In this document: positions 7,093-16,346 of the stretch, in pieces
How the letters are laid out: every line of letters starts with the position of its first letter
How positions within the stretch are numbered: the first letter of the stretch is position 1
Assembly: GCA_944323995.1 (NCBI GenBank)
Contig: CALUUN010000006.1
Coordinates: forward strand, 2,807-66,806
Origin: Candidatus Gastranaerophilales bacterium
GTDB lineage: Bacteria > Cyanobacteriota > Vampirovibrionia > Gastranaerophilales > Gastranaerophilaceae
Reading direction: 5' to 3'
Length of the DNA: 64,000 nucleotides
Position numbers and translations under genes: made by a program
The notes under the pieces: model-generated
What the model saw: only the letters and a program-made list of their open reading frames with translations
Databases searched by the model: none
Told to the model about the DNA's origin: nothing

Positions 7093-8253
7093 TTGGTAAA
7101 ATGCAACGACAATGCGATTACTACGTCGAATGCTGCGCATTCTCCTCGTAATGACAAGACTGTAAAAAGGAGCGTCGCAATCGCAAAACCGATAAAATGT
7201 GGTAGTAAGCGCAAAAAGGCCGCCTTCACTTTAGCGGAAGTATTGATAACCTTAGCAATTATCGGAATAGTCGCAGCACTGACAATCCCGACACTAGTGC
7301 AGAATTTCCAGCAAGATGCATGGGATACAGCATCTGAAGTATTCCAAAGAAAACTTGAAGAATCGTTAAAGGTTATGAATGTTCAGGGAACCTTAGCAGG
7401 CTATACAACAACAGAAGCATTTGTTGATGAACTTTCTAAACATATTAAGATAACAAGAATATGCGATAACGATGATATTACAACATGCTTTGCAGATAAA
7501 GTTACATGGGGAACAGAGAATGAAGAAGTAGCGATGGCGGATGTAAAAAGAGCATCACACTTCGGACAAGATAGCTGGGGAACAAATACTGTAGGAGTGC
7601 AGTTTGCAAACGGAGTAAATGCAGTATTAGCATATAACCCCGAGTGCGTACAGAACCAGTTTAGTAATCAAATAACAGGAACAAGCTGCTTGGCAATATT
7701 GTATGACGTAGACGGATTTAAGAATCCAAATACACAGAATAAAGATTTAAGAAGTATAAACGTATCAAGTTTAGGCGGAAGTTCATGTTCATTTGAAGTA
7801 GACGGAATATGTTTCGGAACACTTTTCCAACCGACAGCATTAACAGCAGCAGATTGTAATGCAAACAAAGACAAATACGGTATACAAACCTGTAGAACAA
7901 CAGATGACGATTTCTGGGGCGGCGCAATGAAAGCATGTGCAGATCAAGGAAAGCGATTACCGACGGACAGTGAGCTATTAGCATTAGCAAATGATTTATA
8001 CGGTAAAGACATGTCAGGTGGAGACGATGATTTAGTCGAAGGTACCATGGATGAAGACAAAGCAAGCTCATACGGCTTCACTCTCACTGACCTAGGTGGC
8101 GGAATCAGCGGCTTCTACCTGTGGTCCGGTCAGGAGACGGACGCTCGCGACGCGCACGCGCGCGCATTCGGCTCCGTGGGCACGGGCTGGCTCTCGAATG
8201 GCGACAGAGACGGCTCCGTCCCGGGCTTCTGGGCGGTTTGCGTAGGTGAATAG
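7093..8253 (+). CDS. pilin-like protein (prepilin-type N-terminal methylation-like motif) with DUF1566/C-type-lectin-like C-terminal domain and VR-like tail, copy 1
   Basis: KKAAFTLAEVLITLAIIGIVAALTIPTL. The C-terminal domain reads WGGAMKACADQGKRLPTDSELLALAND...FYLWSGQE...AVCVGE. The start is uncertain: the track uses TTG 7093, and an in-frame ATC at 7180 lies 7 nt after AAGGAG (7167-7172). Confidence 0.75.
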   Translation: MVKCNDNAITTSNAAHSPRNDKTVKRSVAIAKPIKCGSKRKKAAFTLAEVLITLAIIGIVAALTIPTLVQNFQQDAWDTASEVFQRKLEESLKVMNVQGTLAGYTTTEAFVDELSKHIKITRICDNDDITTCFADKVTWGTENEEVAMADVKRASHFGQDSWGTNTVGVQFANGVNAVLAYNPECVQNQFSNQITGTSCLAILYDVDGFKNPNTQNKDLRSINVSSLGGSSCSFEVDGICFGTLFQPTALTAADCNANKDKYGIQTCRTTDDDFWGGAMKACADQGKRLPTDSELLALANDLYGKDMSGGDDDLVEGTMDEDKASSYGFTLTDLGGGISGFYLWSGQETDARDAHARAFGSVGTGWLSNGDRDGSVPGFWAVCVGE

Positions 8254-8264
8254 CAGCAGACTAG

Positions 8265-8285
8265 CCTCTCCCCTTGTGGGAGAGG
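8265..8285. repeat. perfect 8-bp-stem hairpin CCTCTCCC-cttgt-GGGAGAGG, 12 nt after the stop codon; repeated at 27327-27347
   Basis: The arms are exact reverse complements. No T-run follows, so it is not a canonical terminator. An identical 21-mer lies downstream of copy 2. Confidence 0.8.
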
Positions 8286-8290
8286 CCTTG

Positions 8291-8335
8291 CTTACGTTGG
8301 TTCGCTTTACTCCTCAAGGTGGGAGGGGATTTCAG
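8291..8335. repeat. dispersed repeat cttacgttggttcgctttaYtcctcaagg..gggag..tttcag
   Basis: A near-identical copy lies at 27552-27596 and a partial copy at 27515-27546. Confidence 0.75.
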
Positions 8336-8489
8336 CTCAATAACTAATCCTGAGCGAAGCGAAAGTAACAGACTTAACAACTTTTAAATAACGATTTTAA
8401 AAATCAAATCCCATGAAACACTTCAACACAGTTTTTCTTTGTGTTAAAATAGGCGGGTAAATGACTATTTTTTTGAAAGGACAGAGGAT

Positions 8490-9770
8490 ATGAACAGAGT
8501 AGTTGTAGGCGCGCAATGGGGTGACGAAGGCAAGGCAAAGATTACGGACATTCTTGCTGAAAAAGCGGATTTAATCATCAGATATCAAGGCGGCTGTAAT
8601 GCCGGTCACACTGTTGTAACAAACAATACTACTTACAAGTTTCACCTTATACCGTCGGGAATTTTGTATAAGAATAAAATCTGTCTTATCGGGCCGGGAA
8701 CGGTTGTTTTGCCCGAGTATTTTGAAAAAGAGCTGAACGAACTTTTAAGTCAGGGGGTAGATGTTTCTGGTTTACGCGTAAGCCCGCTGGCATCAATTAC
8801 AATGCCTTACCATACGGATGTTGACGGTTACAGCGAAGATACCGCGAAAAAAGGCAAAATCGGCACTACAAAAAAAGGCATCGGCCCGACTTATACCGAT
8901 AAAATGGCAAGAATAGGGCTGAAAATTCAGGATTTATTCAGCGAAGAAACTTTGAGCGAAAAACTCGACATAATTCTTCCGTTGAAAAACAGGCAGCTTC
9001 AGGAGGTCTACGGACTTGAACCGTATTCAAAAGAAAAAGTGCTTGATTTATGCAAAAAATACGCCGAAATTTTCCGGCCGTTTGTATGGTTTGACTGGCA
9101 GAAAAACCTTGAGCATGCAAAAGAATTCGGCTCATCAATTTTGTTTGAGGGTGCTCAAGGGGTAATGCTTGATGTTGATTACGGAACATATCCGTTTGTT
9201 ACAAGTTCAAACCCGATTGCAGGCGGTGCGGCAACCGGCTCGGGATTCGGGCCTAAGATGATTGATGAAGTCATCGGTGTTGCAAAAGCCTATGTTACCC
9301 GTGTTGGTGAAGGGCCGTTTGTTACCGAACTTGATAACGAAATCGGAGAAAAAATCCGGACTATCGGCCATGAATTCGGAGTTACTACAGGACGCCCGAG
9401 ACGCTGCGGTTGGTTTGACGCGGTTACAATGCGTTATGCCGTGCTTGTCGGAGGTTTGACTTCCGTTGCTTTAACAAAAATCGACGTGTTTGATACTTTT
9501 GATGAAATTAAAGTCTGCATTGCTTACCGTGACAAACGTAACGGAAAAATTTATGATGAGTATCCGACTGATGTGTTTATGCATAAATATCTGGAGCCGG
9601 TTTACGAAACCTGCGAAGGCTGGAATCAGGATGTTTCCGGTATTAGAGAATACTCAAAACTTCCCGAAAATTGCAAAAAATACCTTGCTAAATTGGAAAA
9701 ACTTATCGGTGCTCCGATTTCTATCGTAAGTGTCGGCCCTGACCGAGATCAAACTATTTTTAAATTTTAG
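8490..9770 (+). CDS. purA: adenylosuccinate synthetase
   Basis: N-terminus VVVGAQWGDEGKAKITDILAEKADLIIRYQGGCNAGHTV and the block GTTKKGIGPTYTDK. Confidence 0.95.
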   Translation: MNRVVVGAQWGDEGKAKITDILAEKADLIIRYQGGCNAGHTVVTNNTTYKFHLIPSGILYKNKICLIGPGTVVLPEYFEKELNELLSQGVDVSGLRVSPLASITMPYHTDVDGYSEDTAKKGKIGTTKKGIGPTYTDKMARIGLKIQDLFSEETLSEKLDIILPLKNRQLQEVYGLEPYSKEKVLDLCKKYAEIFRPFVWFDWQKNLEHAKEFGSSILFEGAQGVMLDVDYGTYPFVTSSNPIAGGAATGSGFGPKMIDEVIGVAKAYVTRVGEGPFVTELDNEIGEKIRTIGHEFGVTTGRPRRCGWFDAVTMRYAVLVGGLTSVALTKIDVFDTFDEIKVCIAYRDKRNGKIYDEYPTDVFMHKYLEPVYETCEGWNQDVSGIREYSKLPENCKKYLAKLEKLIGAPISIVSVGPDRDQTIFKF

Positions 9771-9827
9771 TAACAAAAAGGCAATTTTTATTTAAAATTT
9801 GTTTTTATAAGCATATAGGTAGTCAGA

Positions 9828-12617
9828 ATGCTTAGAGTCAATCCGATAACAAATACAGGATGCAAAAAGCCTGAATATCGTCAGGCGTTTACGTCGTCAC
9901 CTCAAATTCAAACGCAAAACGAGGTGCCCTCCGCTCTGCCTGATTACAATGTTAAAGTGCCTATGGCTTATCAAAAAGCAGGTGTCTTAAATCTGCCGTT
10001 TGATTTTGAAGCTCATTGCTACAAATTGGCAAACGGCCAGCGGGTTGTTATACTTCCAAAAGAAGGCGAAACTGTCGTTAAAACTTATGTCAGTACCGGC
10101 TCCATGAATGAGCCCGACAAAGTCCGCGGAATAAGCCATTACATTGAACACAACCTTTTTAACGGTTCTAACGGTTTAGAAGCCGGCGAGTTTTTTGATA
10201 CGGTTAATAAAATGGGCGCTGAAACCAATGCCTCTACAGGGTTTGCCGAAACTAATTATTATATAAGTTCAAATCTTCTTGATGATACCGATCTTGAAAA
10301 GAAAATTAAAATCCATGCCTCTATGCTTGAAACCCCGCGTTTTGCGCTTGAAATGCTGGAAAAAGAAAAAGGTATCGTAAATTCCGAAATTAATATGATT
10401 CTGGGTGATCCCGAAAATATAGCCGCAAATGAAACATTGAAAAAATTATACAATATTAAAAGCACCTCGGGCGATCTTATCGGCGGCTCTACCCAAAATA
10501 TTACCGCACTTACAAAAGAAGATGTTCTGGATTATTACAACAACAATTACTATCCGGCTAATATGGTAACCGTTGTGACCGGTGAAGTTAATCCTGATGA
10601 AACAATAAAACTTATTGCAAAATATTTTTCGGCTCCGAATAAGGTTTCGCATTCAAGAAAATTTGAAGAACTTATTCCGGTAAATAAAACCGTCCGGCAG
10701 GATTTGATTTCGGATAAAACAGCCGCAACGCATATTATGCTCGGTTTTAACGGCCCTAAAAATAATGACGTAAAATCAAGAGTTTTGATGAATGCGATTG
10801 AAGAACTCTTGACCGCCGGAACAATCGGAAGATTTTCCAAAAGCCTGAAGGATTACAACGCCTATGCGTCTTTCAATTGCGAAAAAGTAGGCTCCCGTCC
10901 TGCTGACAATCAGGCTATCCTTATAAGTACGGAAACTTCTGAAGAAAATTCCGAAAAAGTGTTGAAAACTCTTTTTGAACAAATAAATTCAATCGTTACA
11001 AATCCTCCGGGTGACGAGGATTTGAAACTCATAAAAAAAACACTCCTTAACGGTTATTCCCATGCGTTTGAAGTTTCGCATTCCATTAATGATATTATCG
11101 GAAGCAACCTTTTAACCGGAACGCCTGAAATGTTTACCGATTATAAAAAAATCGTAAATTCAATTACTCAGGAAGATATCGTAAATGCAGCAAAAGAGTT
11201 CCTCAATCTAAATAAAACGGTAGTAACAGTTTTGCATCCGCAGACTGCAAACAAGGATTCCATTGTGAACAGGTACAAAAATGCAGTGTCCTTCAGCGGA
11301 AATGTTCAAAAACAGGTTATTAATCCGGAAAATGTAAAAAGATACATTATGCCGAATAATTTTGAAATCATTACAAATGATACAAAAACCGACAATTCGG
11401 CTTGTGAAATAGTATACAATACAGATCAGTTTGCAAAAACCAAACCCGCTGCAATACCGCTTTTGTCAGCTTTGTTGAATGAAGGTTCCAAATTCAGAAA
11501 TGATGTTGATTTTGCGGATGATATGCACAAAAACGGTATTAATATTTACTTCAGCTGCGGAGATTCCGAAATTATCGCAAATGCTGAATTCAGCGCTGAT
11601 GACATGCAAAAAGCTCTTTCATCACTTAAAGAAGTGCTTTTAAATCCGAGATTTAATGAAGATGTGCTTAATCATTTAAAATCAGAACTCAAAGAAAAAC
11701 TTGAAATTCGGGAAAAAAATGTTAATAACAAACTCTACAAAGAGCTTTTCAAAAATCTTCCGATAGGATATACGAAAGAAGATATCTTGAACAGTATTGA
11801 CGATGTTACGGTTGAGGATTTAAAATCGCTCTACTCTTTTATTCTGAACTCTGCACAGGGACATTTGACGGTTTCTGCACCGTTTAAAACAAGACCGGAA
11901 TTGTTAAATGCGGTCTTTAATGAAACAGCGGCTCTGGCACCGGTAAAACCTGCCGGAAGTTTTAAAAGAGATATTTATGAACCCGTAACCGAAACTAAAG
12001 TTCTTGTCGATACCCATGACAAAAATCAGGCACAGATTGTTGAAGCGTATAAATTTAAAATTAACGGTAATGTGAAAGATTACACAACGGTAAGCCTTTT
12101 AAATATTATCCTCGGCGGCAATGCTTCTTCAAGATTGTTCAATGACCTGCGTGAAAAACAGCAGCTTGCCTACAGAGTTAATTCAAAAGTAAATTATAAC
12201 GACAATACCGGTGTCATTAAACTTCAAATAGGTACAACCACCGAAAACAAAGACACCAATGAAATAAGTTATGACAATGTTCAAAAAGCAATTAACGGTT
12301 TTAACAAACATATCGAGCGGATTAAAACCGAAAAGGTTTCAAATGAAGAACTTGAAAGTGCAAAAAAATACCTCAAAAACACGCTTATAAATAACGCTGA
12401 AACAACCTCCGGCAAAAATGAGGTTCTTTCTTATTGTTCATTGAGATTCCACAGTGCGCTTTCTGATAATGAAGTACTCAAAATTATTGACGGGATTACG
12501 CCTGATGATATCTACAATGCGGCAAATTATATTTTCAGCGGCAAGCCGACCTATTCCGTACTTGCCACCGAAAATACAATAAAAGCAAATCAGGATTTCT
12601 TTAAAACTTTAGCTTAG
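9828..12617 (+). CDS. M16 (pitrilysin/insulinase) family zinc peptidase, double-length
   Basis: 929 aa. HxxEH zinc motif in ISHYIEHNLFNGS. There are two tandem M16-like halves and an unusual ~60-aa N-terminal extension MLRVNPITNTGCKKPEYRQAFTSS. Confidence 0.8.
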   Translation: MLRVNPITNTGCKKPEYRQAFTSSPQIQTQNEVPSALPDYNVKVPMAYQKAGVLNLPFDFEAHCYKLANGQRVVILPKEGETVVKTYVSTGSMNEPDKVRGISHYIEHNLFNGSNGLEAGEFFDTVNKMGAETNASTGFAETNYYISSNLLDDTDLEKKIKIHASMLETPRFALEMLEKEKGIVNSEINMILGDPENIAANETLKKLYNIKSTSGDLIGGSTQNITALTKEDVLDYYNNNYYPANMVTVVTGEVNPDETIKLIAKYFSAPNKVSHSRKFEELIPVNKTVRQDLISDKTAATHIMLGFNGPKNNDVKSRVLMNAIEELLTAGTIGRFSKSLKDYNAYASFNCEKVGSRPADNQAILISTETSEENSEKVLKTLFEQINSIVTNPPGDEDLKLIKKTLLNGYSHAFEVSHSINDIIGSNLLTGTPEMFTDYKKIVNSITQEDIVNAAKEFLNLNKTVVTVLHPQTANKDSIVNRYKNAVSFSGNVQKQVINPENVKRYIMPNNFEIITNDTKTDNSACEIVYNTDQFAKTKPAAIPLLSALLNEGSKFRNDVDFADDMHKNGINIYFSCGDSEIIANAEFSADDMQKALSSLKEVLLNPRFNEDVLNHLKSELKEKLEIREKNVNNKLYKELFKNLPIGYTKEDILNSIDDVTVEDLKSLYSFILNSAQGHLTVSAPFKTRPELLNAVFNETAALAPVKPAGSFKRDIYEPVTETKVLVDTHDKNQAQIVEAYKFKINGNVKDYTTVSLLNIILGGNASSRLFNDLREKQQLAYRVNSKVNYNDNTGVIKLQIGTTTENKDTNEISYDNVQKAINGFNKHIERIKTEKVSNEELESAKKYLKNTLINNAETTSGKNEVLSYCSLRFHSALSDNEVLKIIDGITPDDIYNAANYIFSGKPTYSVLATENTIKANQDFFKTLA

Positions 12618-12817
12618 TATCTGTCGCCTATATCACGATATGACATTAAAAGATAAATCAACGCTGAAATTCCGACAAGTGCATAGATTATTCTTGCAGC
12701 AGCCGTCATATCGCCGAAAATTGCCGCAACAAGGTCAAAGTTGAAAAATCCTACAAGACCCCAGTTTAACGCACCGATTATCACAAGGATATAAGCAATT
12801 AATTTTAAAATATACAT
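12614..12817 (-). CDS. DUF378 family small membrane protein
   Basis: 67 aa. IIGALNWGLVGFFNFDLVAAIFG is the DUF378 signature. Confidence 0.8.
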   Translation of the reverse strand: MYILKLIAYILVIIGALNWGLVGFFNFDLVAAIFGDMTAAARIIYALVGISALIYLLMSYRDIGDRY

Positions 12818-12896
12818 AAACTACCTCTCTTTCAAAAGCAGTTTAACAGATTTTCCGCAGGATTTAATTCCCCGAAAGGATATAAAGTCCGGATGC

Positions 12897-12927
12897 AAAA
12901 AAAGCGCCGCAAGCTGCGGCGCTTTTA
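12897..12927 (-). terminator. rho-independent terminator downstream of gap
   Basis: 9-bp stem AGCGCCGCA (12903-12911) pairs with TGCGGCGCT (12915-12923) around a 3-nt loop. A run of A on the plus strand gives a T-run on the minus strand. Confidence 0.75.
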
Positions 12928-12943
12928 ATTATTCAAGACTGAA

Positions 12944-13948
12944 TTATAATTTGTTAGCAACCATCAAAGTTGTTTCAGCCAATCTTGTTGAGTAACCCAT
13001 TTCGTTGTCGTACCAGGAAATGATTTTAACCTGATTGCCGCCCATTACACGGGTTAACAAAGCATCAACCGTTGATGATTGAGAAGTGCCGATGTAATCA
13101 GATGATACCAACGGTTCTTCTGTGTAGCAAAGTACATGTCCGTCAGCACCTTCTTTTAATGCAGCGTTAACTTCTTCAACAGTAACGTCTTTTGAAAGTT
13201 CAAATACAACGTCAACCAGTGATACGTCAGGGGTCGGAACTCTCATAGCAAAACCGTCCAATTTACCTTTCAATTGAGGCAAAACAAGAGCAACAGCTTT
13301 TGCTGCACCTGTTTTTGTAGGAACGATGTTAAGAGCACCTGCTCTTGCACGGCGCGGATCTTTGTGGCCAGCGTCCAAAATTCTCTGGTCGCCTGTGTAT
13401 GAGTGAACTGTTGTCATCAAACCTTTTACGATACCGAATTTTTCGTCGATAACTTTAGCAACAGGTGCCAAGCAGTTTGTTGTGCAAGATGCCATAGAAA
13501 TTACGTTGTGTTTTGCAGGATCGTATTCTTTGTCGTTAACGCCTAAAACAATTGTAATATCTTCGTTTGTAGCAGGTGCTGAGATAATAACTTTTTTAGC
13601 GCCTGCAGCAATGTGAGCTTTAGCTTTTTCAGCATCTGTGAAGAAACCTGTTGATTCAACAACAACTTCTACACCCAGATCTTTCCAGGGTAATTGAGCA
13701 GGATCTTTTTCAGCAAAGAATTTGATTTTTTTGCCGTTTACGATAATGCCTTCTTCGTATGCTTCAACTGTACCGTCAAACTTGCCCATAACTGAATCAT
13801 GTTTGAAAAGAAGTGCAGCTTCTGCAGGTTTCAATCCGGGGTCATTGATTGCAACATAATCAATCTTATCAAAGATACCTTCTCTGATAGCTGCTCTCAA
13901 TGTGTTACGTCCGATTCTTCCGAATCCGTTAATTGCTACTTTTACCAT
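12944..13948 (-). CDS. gap: type I glyceraldehyde-3-phosphate dehydrogenase
   Basis: MVKVAINGFGRIGRN and the active-site block ASCTTNCLAP. Confidence 0.95.
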   Translation of the reverse strand: MVKVAINGFGRIGRNTLRAAIREGIFDKIDYVAINDPGLKPAEAALLFKHDSVMGKFDGTVEAYEEGIIVNGKKIKFFAEKDPAQLPWKDLGVEVVVESTGFFTDAEKAKAHIAAGAKKVIISAPATNEDITIVLGVNDKEYDPAKHNVISMASCTTNCLAPVAKVIDEKFGIVKGLMTTVHSYTGDQRILDAGHKDPRRARAGALNIVPTKTGAAKAVALVLPQLKGKLDGFAMRVPTPDVSLVDVVFELSKDVTVEEVNAALKEGADGHVLCYTEEPLVSSDYIGTSQSSTVDALLTRVMGGNQVKIISWYDNEMGYSTRLAETTLMVANKL

Positions 13949-14098
13949 AAGTTTTACTCCTTCTTATTTTTATAACATGTATTTTATACCACCAACACAA
14001 AAACTAATCAATAGGTTTACTACTTCCGAATTGTTAAAAAAATGTTAATAATGGCAAAAAAAAGTTTGTTCGGGTATTATACTTTCAAGGAGAATTTT

Positions 14099-14416
14099 AT
14101 GAAAGTTCAAAGAATAAGCAGCAATATAAATTTTAGGGCAGACGAAAAACAAAAATTTACGGACAAATTTATTACACACACAAAAAATGCAGCCGATATG
14201 AATGATACGGTTGTAGTGCCGCGGACTATTTTCAAAGGATATTTAGGGTTTATGTTCGGTACGACGCTCACCGCACTCGGAAGCCTTGCCAAAAATAAAA
14301 AATGGCTCGGTTATCCTTTGAATATCGCCGGTATCTTAAGCTGTCTATACGGAACCTGGGCGTTTGTAAGACCGTTTGTGGTTAAAGATGCACCGGGTGT
14401 TGCGCAGAAAAAGTAA
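14099..14416 (+). CDS. hypothetical small membrane protein
   Basis: ATG 14099 is preceded by AAGGAG. The sequence MKVQRISSNINFRAD... is followed by two hydrophobic helices. The track start at 14042 is probably too early. Confidence 0.55.
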   Translation: MKVQRISSNINFRADEKQKFTDKFITHTKNAADMNDTVVVPRTIFKGYLGFMFGTTLTALGSLAKNKKWLGYPLNIAGILSCLYGTWAFVRPFVVKDAPGVAQKK

Positions 14417-14420
14417 AAGA

Positions 14421-15788
14421 TTATTGCCCCGAAACACAGGCTGATATAGCATCAATAAGTCGTTTTACCCGAATAATTTCTATTTTGTCGTTCTCAACTC
14501 TGTTTGCATAGGGTATTATTGCTTTTTTGAACCCTGAAAGCACAGCTTCGTTAAGACGTTTTTCAATATTTTGTACGGGGTGAATTTCGCCCGACAGCCC
14601 GATTTCGCCTATTATAACCGTCTGGCTGTCAACAACAACATCTCTTGCGCAGGTTGCGACCGCAAGCGCTATTCCCAAATCAGCGCTCGGTTCGTCAACT
14701 TCAATTCCGCCCATAACATTAACATAGACATCCTGCTTGGAAAGGTTTAGCCCGATACGTTTTTCAAGCACAGCAAGAATTTGCAAAAGTCTGCTTGTGT
14801 CAACCCCGTTTGTCACACGGCGGGGGGTAGGGTACGGAGTTGTGCCGACAAGCGCCTGAATTTCCACCAACAGCGGACGCGTACCCTCATTGGTTACAAC
14901 AATTGCAGTTCCGGGGATTGAGCCTTGCGAGCGTTCGTTCAGGAATAGTTCATTAGGATTTGTAACGCAGCTGAGACCTTTTGAACCCATTTCAAAAATT
15001 CCGACTTCCGAAGTGTTTCCGAAACGGTTTTTCATTGCCCTTAAAATTCTGTAGGATTTGTATTTATCGCCTTCAAAGTATATAACCGTGTCCACCATGT
15101 GTTCAAGAACTTTCGGGCCTGCAATTGAGCCGTCTTTTGTGACATGGCCGATTACGATTATCGTAATATTTTTATTTTTTGCGATTTGCATTAATATATT
15201 GCAGCATTCGCGGATTTGAGAAACACTTCCGGCAGAGCTTGTAATTGTTCCGGAATAAATCGCCTGAATACTGTCAACTACAACTATATCAGGATTAAGT
15301 GCATCAATTTCGCAACGGATGCTTTCCATGTTAATTTGCGGATAAATATAGAGGCTGTTTGAATTAATATCAAGCCTTTCAGCGCGGAGTTTTACCTGAC
15401 TTGCGCTTTCTTCGGCCGAAACGTACAGAACTTTTTTATTGTTTTTGCACAATTCGCCGCTTGTCTGCAAAAGTATTGTGGATTTGCCGATTCCCGGATC
15501 TCCTGCGATAAGTACGAGAGAACCCTCTACCAATCCGCCGCCGAGTATTCTGTCAAATTCGGAAATGTTGGTGCTTATGCGGACTTCTTCGCCGATTTTT
15601 ATATCGCTTAAAAGTGAGGGTTTTGCATCGTTCAAAAATCCCTGCGGCGTTATTGCCTGAGGTTTTAACGATGTTTGAACTTCTTCTGCAAAACTTCCCC
15701 AGCTGCCGCATTCGGGACATTTGCCTAAATACCCCGCTGTTTCATATCCGCAGTTCTGACATATCCATTTTGATTTTACTTTTGCCAT
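14421..15788 (-). CDS. radA: DNA repair protein RadA/Sms
   Basis: Zinc ribbon CQNCGYETAGYLGKCPECGSWGSF, Walker A GDPGIGKST, and a Lon-like C-terminal domain. Confidence 0.95.
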   Translation of the reverse strand: MAKVKSKWICQNCGYETAGYLGKCPECGSWGSFAEEVQTSLKPQAITPQGFLNDAKPSLLSDIKIGEEVRISTNISEFDRILGGGLVEGSLVLIAGDPGIGKSTILLQTSGELCKNNKKVLYVSAEESASQVKLRAERLDINSNSLYIYPQINMESIRCEIDALNPDIVVVDSIQAIYSGTITSSAGSVSQIRECCNILMQIAKNKNITIIVIGHVTKDGSIAGPKVLEHMVDTVIYFEGDKYKSYRILRAMKNRFGNTSEVGIFEMGSKGLSCVTNPNELFLNERSQGSIPGTAIVVTNEGTRPLLVEIQALVGTTPYPTPRRVTNGVDTSRLLQILAVLEKRIGLNLSKQDVYVNVMGGIEVDEPSADLGIALAVATCARDVVVDSQTVIIGEIGLSGEIHPVQNIEKRLNEAVLSGFKKAIIPYANRVENDKIEIIRVKRLIDAISACVSGQ

Positions 15789-15871
15789 AAGTTTATTATA
15801 TTACAAAAATTGTTGAATTATACTTGAAAATTATATGAAATAATGTTAAAATATAAGCAGAAAGGCTGTCT

Positions 15872-16060
15872 ATGATATTTAATGTTGTTTTACATAAAGA
15901 AGATAATGGATATTGGGCGGAGGTTCCCGCACTAAAAGGTTGTTATACGCAAGGTGACAGTATTGAAGAAGTTAAAGAAAATATTAAAGAAGCGATAACT
16001 GCCTGGTTATCAGTTGATGTCGGAGATAGCGACGGAGAAGTTATATCTGTTGCATTATGA
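15872..16060 (+). CDS. hicB: HicB-family antitoxin (UPF0150)
   Basis: 62 aa. YWAEVPALKGCYTQGDSIEEVKENIKEAITAWL. Its stop overlaps the next gene's start (ATGA). Confidence 0.75.
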   Translation: MIFNVVLHKEDNGYWAEVPALKGCYTQGDSIEEVKENIKEAITAWLSVDVGDSDGEVISVAL

Positions 16061-16284
16061 AAAATTTAACCGGCAAAAAGTTATGCAAAATATTGGAAGA
16101 TAACGGCTGGAATTTAGCCAGAATATCCGGATCTCATCACATTTATGTCAAAACCGGTGAGAATGCCAGAATTGTAGTGCCGGTTCATGGTAACAAAGAA
16201 ATTAAAAAAGGATTGCTAAAAGCTATATTAAAAACTGCAGGTTTGTTATCATTATTCTTTTTGTTGGTGCAGAAAATTCAGTAA
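16057..16284 (+). CDS. hicA: HicA-family mRNA interferase toxin
   Basis: 75 aa. KKLCKILEDNGWNLARISGSHHIY...VPVHGNKEIKKGLLKAILKTAGL. Confidence 0.75.
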   Translation: MKNLTGKKLCKILEDNGWNLARISGSHHIYVKTGENARIVVPVHGNKEIKKGLLKAILKTAGLLSLFFLLVQKIQ

Positions 16285-16298
16285 CAGGAATAAAAGAT

Positions 16299-16337
16299 AA
16301 AAATGCCGCCTTTGGTTTTGCAGAGGCGGCATTTTTC
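16299..16337. terminator. bidirectional terminator between hicA and the convergent 16347-17384 gene
   Basis: Stem ATGCCGCCT (16303-16311) pairs with AGGCGGCAT (16324-16332). It is flanked by an A-run and a T-run. Confidence 0.7.
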
Positions 16338-16346
16338 GCGAAAGAT

